Both the position numbers and the translations under genes were made by a program. This document shows positions 1 to 13,758 of a stretch of DNA of 64,000 nucleotides, one piece after another; position 1 is the first letter of the stretch, and every line of letters starts with the position of its first letter. Below the pieces are notes generated by a model that ran no database searches, had not been told where the DNA came from, and worked only from the letters and a program-made list of their open reading frames with translations. The stretch comes from Macrostomum hystrix (lineage: Eukaryota; Animalia; Platyhelminthes). The DNA is taken from the NCBI GenBank assembly GCA_950097015.1, contig CATNEN010000010.1, forward strand, positions 2,294,001 through 2,358,000. Direction: 5' to 3'.

Positions 1-260
1 GGATCATCATCAACTGGGGATCATTGTAGCTTTAAAAAAGCTGAAAATACAGCTGCTGAAAAGTATATACTGGACGAATTAAAAACATTTCTCGTCCTTA
101 AAGGGGGGGCAAAACTTGCTAGTTGTATTCTACATTTGTATATTTTGAACTTTGAATGTTAGCAGTTGCGAGAAAAACAAAGAAATTGCAGCGCATACAA
201 ACCTACTGGCAAGTAGGATGATCAGAACGATTAGAACACAATTGTTACTAAAATACTGAC

Positions 261-3200
261 CTGATACTGAATCCGCTCAGAGCCGCCTTCCCTGAGAGCG
301 GCGCTGTCAATCGCCAGCGATGCCAGCTGCTGCAAGGCCTCACAGGTGGGATGATAGGCCCGGTACAGAGACGGACTAAGCACGGCCAGCATGTAGTGCA
401 GATCCTTGGCACCGGGGGTGCGGCCGGAGACGCCGAGCAGGCGAGAGCTCGGCGCCCCGGTGCGCAGGTAGCGCCTCACGAGGCCGGAGGCGGCGTAGGC
501 AACGGCGTCAGCGTCCTGGAAGGCGGCGTGCAAAGCCAGGCAGCAGAGGTGCTGCACAGCGGCGCCCTGGCCAGCCAGTGACAGCAGGCGGTCGGCGAGG
601 CCGGCGGAGCAGCAGAGCTCAGCGGCCAGGCTGGGATCGGCACACAGGAGCCTGATGAGCAGCTGCAGGGCGGCCTCCAGCCGAGAGGCGCCGGCGCCAG
701 GCCGCAGGAAGGACAGAAGTTGCCTGCGAGGGGTAAAAAGAGGTGAAAGAGGTGGGTCGGCTTTAGGCAGGGTTTTAATTATGGGTGTGGGAAAGCAGAG
801 TGGGTAGGTGCAGGATGGGTGTTAGATAGGTGCAGGATGGGTGTGGGATAGGTGCTGGATAGGTGTGGGATAGGTGCTGGATAGGTGTGGGATAGGTGCA
901 GGATAGGTGTGGGATGGGTGCTGGATAGGTGTGGGATAGGTGCAGGATGGGTGTGGGATAGGTGCTGGATAGGTGTGGGATAGGTGCAGGATGGGTGTGG
1001 GATAGGTGCTGGATAGGTGTGGGATAGGTGCAGGATGGGTGTGGGATAGGTGCTGGATGGGTGTGGGATAAGTGCTGGATGGGTGTGGGATAGGTGCAGC
1101 ATGGGTGTGGGATAGGTGCAGCATGGGTGAGGGATAGGTGCAGCATGGGTGTGGGATAGGTGCAGCATGGGTGTGGGATAGGTGCAGCATGGGTGTGGGA
1201 TAGGTGCAGCATGGGTGTGGGATAGGTGCAGCATGGGTGTGGGATAGGTGCAGCATGGGTGAGGGATAGGTGTCGGAAAGCAGTGGAATTTACGTGGGAT
1301 AAGTGCGATATTCCAGAGTGGGATAATAATGAGAATGAGGTGGTAACAATTAAGCCTACCTAGCTAGGATCTCCCGCTCAGCGGGTGACATTGGCTCGGG
1401 CGTCAGCTCAGCATCGGCAGGCGCTGCAGACGCCGAAGGCTCGCCAGACTCGGTCGGGCAGAGCAGCAGGGCTCGGCCAGAGTTCTCAGTGAACTGAGCC
1501 GGCAGTGTCAGCATGGCCACGCGGCGGCCAACCAGCTGGGGGAAGCGGCACAAGTGCCGACCATCGCGCCAGGCCCGGTCCAGCACAGCTGCTCGCTCAG
1601 CAGTCATAGACTCCCAGACGCCGATTCTCTCGTCAAGAGCCGCCCAGGAGGTCAGGCGAGAGGTGCGTTCCAGAACGCGGCGTCGAATCTGCAATGCCGA
1701 GGCGAGACGCTCGTGCGCGTCGACCAGCAAGCAGAGGCTGTCGAAGGCGGCGGCGGAGTCGGCAGCCGGTGGCCGCGTGAGGGCCTGGTAGCAGAGAGGT
1801 AGCAGGCGGTGCCGGACAGCCTGCTGGGCGCAGGTGAGCTTGCACCGGTGGCACAGCAGCAGCACCAGCTGCAGCATGCGAGGCTGTTCGCGGCAACTGG
1901 CCGAAAAGTCAGACAGGGCAGCCTGGAAAGCGTGGATTGAAAAATAGGTTTGGGAAGGCTGTGATGAAATGCATACCATGCTGTGTTGCATGAGGGATGG
2001 GTGTGGGATCACAGTGGCAGTGGGGAGTAATGGGTAAGAGAGGCCGAGGTGATTTTTGCTAGAAAGCAATATATATAAAAGTACTGAAGCGCCACACCTA
2101 CCTCGAAAGCCATATCGATGAGCTGGGGATCCCCAGCGGCAGCCAGAGCTCCTGCCACGTGATGGGCAATGGGTGTTGATTTGAAATGCCGGAAGGCAGC
2201 CAGGCAGCCGGGGCCCAGCAGGTGCTGGAGGAACTCCGCCTTCAGTTCGGCGCGGCGTTTTTGAGCGGCGGTCAAGCCGGACCCGTCGCTGTTCTCGTCA
2301 GCATCGGCCTCCTCGTTAGCGGCCTCGTCGCCGGCTTCGTCGCCGTCCGGCGACAACAGATTTTCGGCGTCGGTGGAGTGCTGCTGCTCTTCGAACTGGC
2401 GCCGAACCAGGGTGTCCACGGCCTCTTCAAAATTGGTGGCCACGCGCAGCACTTCAACGCAAAGCCGGCGGGAGAAACCCATCTCCATTAGGCGTCGAAC
2501 GCTGGGGTTGTCGCCGCCGCCAGCGCCGCCGGATGCGCCGGCGACACCAGAGGCTCCCGCAGCTCCGCCAGCCTGCTGCTGCTGTTGCTGCTGCTGACTG
2601 TCGGCAAGCAGCGATGGCGGCTCGATCATGTCTGGCTCAGCTGACCACCAGGCCAGCATCTGGCGCACAATGGACAGCAGGTTGCAGGCGCTGGTCTCAG
2701 TCAGCAGCTCCCTGAGTGTGTGAGGAGGGTATCGAGCATCGATGCATCGAGCCTTGATCAAGGACTGCCTTTCTAATAATACGCTTTTTGAGTTCCAATC
2801 AAGAGATGCACTTGCGAAAGGAATATTAATAGAAAATAAAAGGAATCGTTATGGAGTTCTTTCTTGAATCATTCTTGACATTGCTTGGGATATTTTTACG
2901 CGTATCTGATTTGTATACTAGCAAATCAAGAAATTAAAGGAGAATTTATCCAAAGATTTTAGACAATGTAATCTGTTCATTTCATATGGTGAAATCAATA
3001 GATTTAAGGATACGTAGCCAAGCTATTTCAGGGGTTGTAATCAATGGATTTCCTGGGTTAGTGACCTGAGTGAATTCCCTGAATTCATATCCAACCAAAT
3101 TACCAGGACCTGTCCAGACCAAGATGACAACTCACCTGGCCGGAAGGCGTCGCCACAGAGGCAGAAGGGCGGGCAGCAGGCGGTCCTCCAGCCGGCCGCC

Positions 3201-6200
3201 CTCGTCATTTTTGTAGTTGGCGGCGAATCGATGCGCCCAGGCCAGCCAGGCCTCCACCAGGGCCTCGTCGGCGAAGCCCTGCTCAAGGGCCCGCGGCAGC
3301 AGCGACATAAAAGCGGCCACGGTTGGAAGGCCTTCGTAAACCAGAAAGTTGGCAATGTCTGGCGGAAGTCGGTCTGGCTGCAGGCCGCAGAACAGCTGGA
3401 GGAAGGCGTTGGCAGCCCTGCCGGTCACCTGGGTGAGTTCAGGTGAGTTGGAGCAGAATAACGTGGAGAAAAGCTAAAGATGCTTCTGCTTATAGTAGGA
3501 TTACAAGCTTTTACTTAATAAAACAACGATTACACCCTATACCACAGATTCGATACATTTAGAAATAAAACTACCCCTTTGGCGCTACACCTACTCTTTT
3601 AATAACCTGTTACTAAATTGGGGATCAACAAACCTTGGGATCTCTTCCCTCGGCGCCCTCCAGAGCGAACAGATCCTGAAAGGTGAGCACAATAGCCTTG
3701 CAGTTGTCTAGAGACAGAGGCATCTGTGGCACAGCGTAGAGCGACCTGGCCCCAGCCGTGCACAGCTTGAACAGGGCGGCGAAGATGGAGCGCACGCTGG
3801 CGCCAACAGCCTGAAGGCAGGCCAACTGCTCGGCGTCCAGAAGGGCCGCCTGCTTCGGCTTCTTGCAGGCAGGCTCGCAGGCTCCGTCGAGGCCCAGCTG
3901 GGACATTGTGTCGCATGTGTCAACGTCCATCTGGCGGTGGGGAAGGATTTGGAGGGATTAGATAATTTATGAGCATGATAAAAGGGGGAATAATATAGAA
4001 CAGGCAAAAAATTTACATGCAAAAACAGTATTTTACTTGAGAAAAGCTGTACCTAATATGGGAAAAGCAGCATTTAACATGGCAATAGCTACATTTTACA
4101 TGGCAATAGCTACGTTTAACATGGGAATAGCTACATTTTACATGGCAATAGCTACGTTTAACATGGGAATAGCTACATTTTACATGGGAATAGCTACATT
4201 TTACATGGCAATAGCTACGTTTAACATGGGAATAGCTACATTTTACATGGGAATAGCTACATTTTACATGGCAATAGCTACGTTTAACATGGGAATAGCT
4301 ACATTTAACATGGGAATAGCTACATTTTACATGACAATAGCTACATTTTACATGGCAATAGCTACATTTTACATGGCAATAGCTACATTTTACATGGCAA
4401 TAGCTACATTTTACATGGCAATAGCTACATTTTACATGACAATAGCTACGTTTAACATGGGAATAGCTACATTTAACATGGGAATAGCTACATTTTACAT
4501 GGGAATAGCTACATTTTACATGACAATAGCTACATTTTACATGGCAATAGCTACATTTTACATGGCAATAGCTACATTTTACATGGCAATAGCTACATTT
4601 TACATGGCAATAGCTACGTTTAACATGGGAATAGCTACATTTAACATGGGAATAGCTACATTTTACATGGGAATAGCTACATTTTACATGGCAATAGCTA
4701 CATTTTACATGACAATAGCTACATTTTACATGACAATAGCTACATTTTACATGACAATAGCTACATTTTACATGGCAATAGCTACATTTTACATGACAAT
4801 AGCGACATTTTACATGGCAATAGCTACATTTTACATGACAATAGCTACATTTTACATGACAATAGCGACATTTTACATGGCAATAGCTACGTTTAACATG
4901 GGAATAGCTACGTTTAACATGGGAATAGCTACATTTAACATGGGAATAGCTACGTTTAACATGGGAATAGCTACATTTTACATGGGAATAGTTAAATTTT
5001 ACATGGCAATAGCTACGTTTAACATGGGAATAGTTAAATTTTACTATTGCGGACAAAAGATAAGAGAAAAACACGGTGACAGACCTGGTGAGCGGCCTCC
5101 GCGCACTGCCAGGCCGCAGTCCTGTACAGCTGATACAGCAGCTTCTTCAGCAGGGGCTGCGCGCCGGCAAATCTGGCCAGGCTAGAAGATTTGAGTTCGC
5201 GAATGCTGACTAGCCGCTCCAGCAGGCTGCAGATGGCTGCGGCACGGGGAGAGCAGACCGAAGGCAGCTGGTCGTTGATGAGGGTGAGCAGGGAGGATAC
5301 CATCTGCTCAGGGTCTGTGTCGGCCATCACCAGCAGGCGGATGAAGGTGGCCACGTGACCGATGGCCGGCTCGGCTGGGCGCAGCTGGGCGGCCAGCTCC
5401 ATCAGCAGCGGCAGGAGGCCGGCGTCGACCAGGGCGCGGGAGGTGGCCGAGTCGACGGGGCCGGCGGCGATCTGACTGTCCGTGCGCTCAATGGGGGTGC
5501 GGTACACCATGGACTGGGCGAATACGAGAAGCCGGCTGGCTCGATTCGATGCCGCGCCTGGATCGCTGGACGCTGCGGCGGTCTGCTGCACGACTGCGGC
5601 CGCTCCGCCACTGCCGCCGGCTGAGGCGTTACCGGCAGCTGAAACGGACGAAGCGAAGGACGCGTCCCGCATGACGACATCAGCTGACTCCGAGACTTCC
5701 TCCATTGAAGAGGCCGAACCTGTTGCCGATGCAGCCACACTCTGCGATTTGGCCGACGCCGCCGCAGCGGCTTTGGCTTCTTCAACCAGACGGGCGAGGC
5801 AATCGCGAATGGCTTCAACCATGGCATCCTTCAGGCGCTGATCGTTATTCACAACCAAGGCCGTCAGGCTGCCCAGCGTAGCGGCCGGCTGCATGGACTT
5901 CTTTGCCGTCAATGCCGGCAGGAAGGCGGGGTCGGCGAACACAGACACGAGCTGTTGGATGAAACCGCGGCCGAGGACGGCCTCGGCACCACGCTGATTC
6001 AATGACAAGGCGGCCAGGATTGGCGGCAGGTTCAGTAGCAGGTCGCGATGCTGCGGAACCTTCAACGATTCCAGGACCTGGAATTGGAGGCGACAAACAA
6101 ATGGTTTAGACTTCAAACAACAAGGTAGATAAGTAGATGAGTAGAAGATTAGATGTTTGTACCTCATTCGTAATGCCGCTCTCTTGCATAGCTGACAGAG

Positions 6201-8665
6201 ACGATGGCTCGTGTTGAATGTAGGCAGCCAGCAGGTCGGCTCCGGCGAAGCGCAACGCAGGCGTACAGTCCAGCAGGCAGCGAACCAGCTTCAGCAGCTG
6301 GCCTGAGTCCACAGTGCGCCTAACCGAGTCCGCAAAATCTGGCTCCGTCACTAGACGCTTGAGCAGATGAAGCAGACGTTTGAGTAGGCCCAGCTTTTGC
6401 AGGCAGTTACCTGGCTGCTGCTGCTGCAGCTGCAGCTCAGACTGCAGTCGGCCCAGCAGTGCGGAGAACAGGGCGCCGGGCAGGCGGGCCTGGCTAGCCG
6501 CAAGGCTGCACAGGCAGTCCAGCACTCTGACGGAGCGTATGCAGAGGCCAAGCCAGTTGTCGGGAGCCGCTTGCCACTGGACAAGCTGCAGCAGAGGATC
6601 TAGCAGGCTGGGCGAAGGCGACATTCGATCGTGCTGTGACGATGTGATGTGATAGAGAGTGCTGAGAATGGCCGTGGCCTGCTTTAGCCGAGCGGAGGTC
6701 AGCGAAGATTCTCCAGGGGCTGAATTTCCTGAAGCGCCGCCGCCGCAGACAACAATGCTGGCCACAGCTCGACGAAGCAGGCCAGGCAGGAGGCCATGAT
6801 GATGGCGCAGGCCGAGAGTTTCAACTAGCTGAGTCTGGCCCATCTGGATAAGTGAGGTGACTGTTTTGAGCACTGCCGCGTGCAGGTTCATGTAGTCGTC
6901 GGAGCTGTCGGGCAGGCTGAGCAGACCCTCCACATCGCAGGCTGGGAGGGTCTTCACCAGGCTGAGGTAGGCGAATGCGGCGATAGCCAATAAATGGACG
7001 CGTAGCAGCTGACGGCGAGAGTGCCCGTTGGCGTAGGCGTGAATGAGGCGCAGCCGGGCGAACACATTGAAACGGTCCTGCGCGTGCGGGTTGTACAGTG
7101 AAAGTCAGCACAGACGAATAGGTGCGATTGAGCATGAGATGGATAGGTGAGAGTGAGAGTGAGCATGAGATGGATAGGTGAGAGTGAGCATGAGACGGAT
7201 AGGTGAGAGTGAGCATGAGATGAATAGGTGAGAGTGAGAGTGAGCATGAGATGGATAGGTGAGAGTGAGCATGAGACGGATAGGTGAGAGTGAACAGGAT
7301 GAGCAGCCATGAGCTTACCTGCATGAGATCAGGAGCGGCCAGCCTGGGCTCATTGCGCAGCAGCAGCTCCATGTGGGCGCACGGATCAGGCGGGGTAACG
7401 CCGGGCTCCATGCGCAGCTCGCAGGCGAAGGCGTCCTTGGCGGAGCCCGTGCGGCATGGCACAAGCAGGCTGCGGGGAGGAGCGTGCGAGAAGCCGTCCT
7501 GAGCCCAGTCGGCCAGTCGCCAGGGGCTGGCGGGGCCGCACCAGGCTCTGGACAGTGAGTAGAGCACAGTGTAGAGCTGGCTGCGCACAGCGGGGTCCAG
7601 CTGCTCCAGCTGGGTGGAGGACTTGGCGAATGACAACAGGAGGCCCAGCACAGACAGTGTGATGTCGTAGCGGCGGGACTGCGGAAAGAAGACAATAATT
7701 CTGGTATAAAAGATCCTGAATGTCTTCATCAAAACGTTGCACTCGCCGCCAGATGTACATCCAAAGGCTGCGAACAGCTGTTCAGCCCGTTGACTGGGAG
7801 GCCGCCACACCCACCCAAAGTGATACCCCAGCTGATGCTAGCACTCGTACCCATTTTACATCTGGGTGTACTGAAGCGAATAAAGTTTCCTGCTTAAGGC
7901 CACAAAGTGAAATGAGCTTCGAACTCCCGACCTCTTAATCAGAAGTACAAAGCTCCAAAAACTGCATGGAATGCAACCTTCAGCATGCAGGTCAGGGGCT
8001 CTGCAATAACCAAAGGTGGATGAGGCAAGTCTTAATCATGTTTACAGCGGTCGTGGGCAAGCATTATTTAAACGATCCCCAGTCAACATGGAAGCAGCAC
8101 AGACACACTATCCTCGCCACGGATTTGAGCTCTTGGACTTGGCCACTCAACCCCATACCCAGGAGGTTCCGAGTTCGAATCTTGGTATGTAACGCAAAGA
8201 AATCACCTGGAATAGGGTGAGCAGCCGATCAAAGGACCCATAGAGGGATCGATAAACAGCATGCTCAACTAGCAGCGATGTGAAGTCCATAATTGAGCAC
8301 ACAGCGGAGGCCAGTTTGCTATTCTCAGGCAGATCAACGGCCAGAGTCCAAGTCAGGCTACCGCTGCCAACGGAGCCGGCTTCCGACTCGCTGCCGCCAG
8401 ATAAAGCTGCGGCGCCGGCAGCTGCAGCGGCGGCAACCGAGTCCTTGAAGGCCGGCTCGCAGGCCGTCTCCAGAATGGCATCGAATCTGTCCAACACGTC
8501 GGCCCACAGGCCGAGTTCGCACTTGCCCCAGACCCAGTGCGTGATGCCTTTGATGCGGGCCAGAAAGTCGGCATCATTGGCGGCTCGCAGCCAGTCAACC
8601 AAGACTTTGCAGTCGGCCTCCTCGCAGCCGCAGTGGCCGGGCAGGCGGCTGCGGTCGATCTTCAT
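261..8665 (-). CDS. HUWE1: HUWE1/Tom1-type HECT E3 ubiquitin ligase, 5' portion (ARM-like repeats, UBA, WWE); gene continues past the left edge of the window
   Basis: The N-terminus MKIDRSRL..ADCKVLVDWL..WGKCELGLWADVLDRFDAILE matches the HUWE1 N-terminus. UBA: NPSVRRLMEMGFSRRLCVEVL. WWE-like: W..LDERIGVWESMTAE..LDRAWRDG. GT-AG exons: 8665-8207, 7678-7319, 7077-6163, 6077-5085, 3930-3634, ~3428(or 3473)-3136, ~2770-2102, 1922-1360, 723-261. The acceptors of exons 6 and 7 are uncertain. Confidence 0.93.
805..1272. repeat. 22-bp minisatellite (ATAGGTGCAGCATGGGTGTGGG) in a HUWE1 intron
   Basis: About 20 tandem copies seen directly; G-rich on the + strand. Confidence 0.97.
4075..5042. repeat. 21-bp minisatellite (ATGGCAATAGCTACATTTTAC) filling a HUWE1 intron
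   Basis: About 45 tandem copies; explains the repetitive ORFs 4013-5074 and 4037-5185. Confidence 0.97.
7128..7292. repeat. 25/31-bp minisatellite (GAGCATGAGATGGATAGGTGAGAGT) in HUWE1 intron 2
   Basis: About 6 tandem copies between the exon boundaries at 7077 and 7319. Confidence 0.93.
7740..7960 (-). mobile_element. Diverged copy of tRNA/CORE-type SINE family 1 in HUWE1 intron 1
   Basis: Shares AAGGCTGCG..AGCT.TTCAG..GACTGGG..CCACACCCAC..CCCAGCTGATGCT..GTACCCATTT with the copy at 10860-11133. The reverse B-box TTCGAACTCCCGACC lies at ~7917-7932. Confidence 0.75.
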
Positions 8666-10320
8666 TGCGCAATGGGGGTAGATAAGCTGCCGCTTAACGC
8701 TGCTGTTCTGCTGCCCGGAAGCAACAGTGCATGGAAATAAGTAGAGACAAGACTAGAACAAGCTGCACTGGTCAGCTTTGCCCAACTATATGAGGTTGTG
8801 TAAGTCGAGAAGCTGGATTACAGATGGCTGAGTTTAGGCCTGCAATCAATTGAAACAATGTTATTTCATCTTGAATGTTTACATTCATTTTCTTTATGTA
8901 TGAATTTGCATAGACAAGTATGCAAGTATGTATATTACATCATGTGCCTGACATTTCATGAAAATGACCAGATATTTTGGCCTTTTTATGATAAACACTT
9001 ACAGTAATCTGTCTAAAAGTACACATTACAAAGCTGAACTTTTTGTAATTTCACAAATTATGAAAACCTGCATAGCCATTAAAAACCTTAAGCAATTTAG
9101 CTTTAATGCGATTTTTTTAATTTAACTCCGATGCAAAGTGAAAGCACTATGCATTGGAATTGGATTAGGATATGATCCAAGTAGAATATATGTTTTGGCA
9201 CTGCAATCCAAGCAATCCAGCGTTACAATAGGGACAAATTATTTAAGTTTTTTTAATTTAGGAAAATTCCTAGCACACAGCAGTTTCAAAATTAAAATAT
9301 CTAAATTGTCATTTTCTGGCATTGCATTGTGGCAGAATTAAGTCAAGTCATGCTGGATTTTTTTAATCCATTGCATTAGGTTATGTTTTTGGGTTAATAA
9401 TAAGCTTATCTTCTACTTCCATATTTAAACTAATATCTTATAACTTTATTAATTTCATCTATCAATACTTGAAATAAAAAACTGCTAAGTGTTCTCATAT
9501 GGCAGTGCTATTCTGCAATTCTAAAGAGACCTATGCCAATTAACTTTTTTCCTTCTAGTGTGCACTCAATGTATTCATGATCTAGATCCTAGATATATGC
9601 ACTTTTTGCCATATTTTACTCCACATGTTGACCATATTGAAATAGTCATATCTCAATGCACCAACAAATTCCTGACTGACCAGATACTTTTTTACTATTT
9701 TTTCTAATCCTATATATTAATATATATATAGCAAATCCTGAATTCATCATTTCTGAAGACATAGAGCATAAAAAGTATACAGAAAATTCACTAATATATA
9801 AATTTTTCATTTTTTGCTGCTACTTGATTGATGAAGCATGTAACATGCAGTTGAACATGGGGTCTCACCCACAAACAACAAGAAAACAGTGTATAGCCAA
9901 AAGGGACATAAAATAGTTTTAATTTACTCTTGAATGGTGGTACTATATAAGCCATAAGGGTTGCTGGCCATTTTGGTGCCTATGTTTTTCAATGCCTGGT
10001 CTTGCTTTTCAGTACCTTTTTGGTGCCTTTTGGTTCCACAAATACATGTTATATAATACATTATATAACATAACAAGTGTGTCTGTCCTGTTTTTTTAAT
10101 GCAAACCATTTTTTAGTTGTAAATGCTTATAGCCTACAACAATTCTAATTGCAATTATACTACTAATACAGTAGCAAGCCTTGAATAGTATGTTACATGC
10201 ATGTATATGTACATAAAAGGTAGCATATTTCTCAATCAAAACATTTGATCACAAGTTAACAAGTTTGAAACAAGTTCACAAGTTATCGAAAAACAAACAA
10301 TCAGGCAAAAAGTCATTTTT

Positions 10321-10510
10321 AAAAAGTCTAATGACAATAAAGCTGTCTTTCAAGCTTTTTCAGACTATTTGCCAGAAGCACAGCCCTCTGTTTTTATCAT
10401 AGACTATGAAGCTGGTACATGAAAGGCCTCACATTGAGTTTTTCCTATTGCTGCCTATTGGACAATGCAAGCAAATATACATATGCTTGGGGGCAGTTTT
10501 CATATGGTAT
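10321..10510 (+). pseudogene. Probable MULE (Mutator-like) transposase relic
   Basis: Translates as KSNDNKAVFQAFSDYLPEAQPSVFIIDYEAGT*KASH*VF(fs)P...GSFHM, resembling the MULE motif P..II.DFE.A...A...FP....C.FH. Contains stops and frameshifts. Confidence 0.4.
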
Positions 10511-10843
10511 GATGACTACAACTTAGCTTCTTGTCACCTGCACCCACTTTACAATGGTTTATACCAATGGTTTTAGCCATATATTTAGTCTTTTGTAACT
10601 TTCAGTTTTACTTACTTTGCTTTTACCATATGCTTATGCAATTAATTTTAACTTTGGCTTCATTTGCTAATTTGTTAGTTTTTTGTTTGTGTCACAAATA
10701 AATTGTGATACAAAGAAATTATGCCTCTATTAGTTGTACAGTTGGAATTATAGGCCTAATTATTGCAAGATATAAGCATTTACAAAAAAAACAACATAGC
10801 AGGACAGAAAGATTGCAAATAAATAATTAATTGTACTTTTATA

Positions 10844-11133
10844 ATAATAATAATAATTGATTACACCTGCCCCAATTGGGTCAGATGTGCAGCCGACAGC
10901 ACAGCCGTAGCAAATGCGCGGCGCATCTGAAGGCTGCGTATAGCTATTCAGTCTATGGACTGGGGGGATGCCACACCCACCTTCAATTATCCCAGCTGAT
11001 GCTGGTACCCATTTAACAGCTGGGTGAACTGAAGCAATGCAGAGTCAAGTGTCTTGCTAAAGGACACAAATTGTTCTAGTGGGGTTGGGAATGGAACCCC
11101 TGACCTTCAAGTCGTGAGTCCAATGCCCTAACC
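10844..11133 (-). mobile_element. tRNA-derived CORE-type SINE (family 1), near full length
   Basis: The reverse complement matches 35419-35735: A/B-box head, CORE-like GTGTCCTTTAGCAAGACACTT..ATGGGTACC, and a (TTA)n tail. Apparent TSD ACTTTTATA at 10835-10843 and 11134-11142. Confidence 0.9.
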
Positions 11134-12521
11134 ACTTTTATACAAGTCTTATATATCATGTATATATTTGTGGGAACCAAATGCATAGAAAGGTACCAAA
11201 TTTAAGTCCAAAATACCTAGCTACCACCTTAAGGAATTACCCTATTGGAATAGAATATCAGATCCTATGGGTGCGTAAATATATTTTATAAGCTTTATAC
11301 TTTATGTGGTGGACATTTATAGTACAACTGCTAAATATAGACCCATACTGTATATATATAACAATTTTTTTAATGGCACAGTGTGGCACCAAATTTTAAC
11401 ACATTTTGTGGTAAACAGTCATCCACCATCCATGCAGTTATTCCAATAGGGAGGAGTTATAAATATTTTATGTGACAACAATTTACAATGTACAGTTACA
11501 TATATAGTTGCATCTTGTTGCTTTGCTATAATAATTATATTATTTTTGCACTCACATGTATACAATCTGAAAATTTGTAGCTCATGCAAAACATTTATGT
11601 ATATATGCCACATAGCTACATAAATACTTTGGCAAATGAAATAAATTGCTTTAATAAAGCATCTGCAATGAATATAAATTTTTTAATGTAAATAATACAG
11701 CTACATCTGAAAATTGATAATAGCAAAAATAAAAAACATATTGACACTTCAGAAAAATTACTAACTATTTAGTATATATAAAAACAAAAAGCTAATGTAA
11801 CATGTAAGTAATCTTTAAAAATTCTTTGAACTTCAGGTCATTATATACTCATTGACATTATAGTTTATAGGTATTTGAAAGCTACCTTAGTAGTAGAATT
11901 ACTAGAACATCTTTCAATAAAATAACTGCTGACTGTGGAAGTCTGTATAATGTTGTTATCTTAATGCGTCCCGACTAACGGAATGGTTAGCTGGGTTGTG
12001 CGAAGGACCATCAAGATTATTTTAGATATGGCTTTGAAAATAATCTCGTAAATCCCATCGAAAAACTGGAGACAAACTAATTATAACGCAAACATAACAC
12101 ACTTAGATATACTTGCCGATTTCGAACTTCGAGTCAGGCTCGTCAAAACGTTAGAAAAAACGTTATTTGTATACAATCTGAATTATAATTTTTGTGTTAT
12201 TTTTATGATAAATAAATAACTATCAGGACCGTGTTTAAAGCAGTGCGAATTATAAGTCGCTTTTATTTGATTTAACTATTAACAATTTGTTATAATGCAA
12301 AAAAATGGGCAAATAGGGAATTTTTTGAAAGCAAGTTTTTCTTAGAAAGAACCTCAAAGCATCTGCTGCGCACATAAAATATGGATTAGCTAGCTAAATT
12401 TATTATGCTTTGTCTGTAATCCTTAAGTCAAATTCATTTTGCTTTACTGTTTCAAAGATGCTTGGTGCTTAATGTTTTTTTTTAATTTCCGAACAATATT
12501 TTAAACATAAACTGCATGTAC

Positions 12522-12982
12522 CAGGGTTTTTTCGTAAAAAAAAGCCGACGCAGGCTTGCATCTTAAGTCCAAAATCGAGGCGCAAATGAAAAAAATTCTG
12601 GTTGCAGATTGCATATACACCCAAAATAAGTTCTAAGACCAAAAATAAAGATTTTAATGAAAATTCTGGGCTTAAGGCAGATGTATTACCAGACTATTTC
12701 TAGGAAATCTGTACTGCAACCTGCCTATTTGAAATGTGTTTTATTTGTTTAGTTAAGTAAAAATAATTTCATCATGATTTATTTAAGGATGCTGTATAGA
12801 TATACTGATTAATTGAAGAGCTCAATAAGGAACGAAAATGTAACTTTAAAGTGTTCTAATAAATGCATTTGCATTTTCATATCTCCTCAGAAAAAAAGCA
12901 GGTTTAAGATTTGTCTCTGATTCCGAAAATTTAGGTGCAAATCAGGATTTTGCGGTGCGAGTTTTTTGCACAAAAAACCCTG
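12522..12982. mobile_element. hAT-like non-autonomous DNA transposon (MITE)
   Basis: Perfect 11-bp TIR CAGGGTTTTTT/AAAAAACCCTG. 8-bp TSD GCATGTAC (12514-21) vs GCCTGTAC (12983-90) with one mismatch. No ORF. Confidence 0.75.
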
Positions 12983-13758
12983 GCCTGTACTCAACTATGG
13001 CTGATCTCATCAGTTTTAGAATATATGAGACTTACCAGCATTGACTTCACTTGACAGAGTGCAGTCCAAAGAGCCACCCATTCCACTAATGCCTAAGGGA
13101 TTGTAGAATACAATTTTTATGTTTTCTACACAGCAAATTAATTAGCACAAAATATACATCAAAATTGCTCGATTTGCTAGATATCAACTTTAAAAGCAAC
13201 AACAAAAACTATATATACAATATTTTTCCTTGATCTAGAATTTTTTTTACAAAAATTAACTTAAGATTAATTGCTAGTTTTGGTAAGCCTAGCTCTAGAT
13301 TTGATTGTTGCAAATAGCTCTAGATTAGCCATAGCTCTAGATTAGGCATAGATCGAGATTTAATTGCTGCAAATAACACTTTAGTCTATGCTATGCCATT
13401 GTAAAATCATACTTGTTAAATCAAGCTTATGCTCATAGAAACCTAGACTTTACTACTAACTTTTAAAGTTTATATTAGTTAGATAAAAAAAATATACAAA
13501 TTTTAGAAAATAAAAGGGCCAACTAAATAAAGCAAATATTTTATGTAGTTTACTTTGCTTATATTGTGTAGATTATCAAAATACTACTACAATGAAGTTA
13601 ATGAACCATGAATAATAAGTTTCACAATCACAATCATGATCACGCCCGGCCTTAAAAAATTCACAAAATTTCAGGCATGACAAAAAATTCACATCTGTCC
13701 GACCTCTAATTATCTTCAGTGGATTGTCTTTGCTTTTCATTTCAGCACTCAAAGATCT

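Noticed and set aside
4013-5185. 353-aa and 382-aa ORFs on both strands
   Set aside because: Stop-free translations of a 21-bp intronic array lying between clear HUWE1 splice sites.
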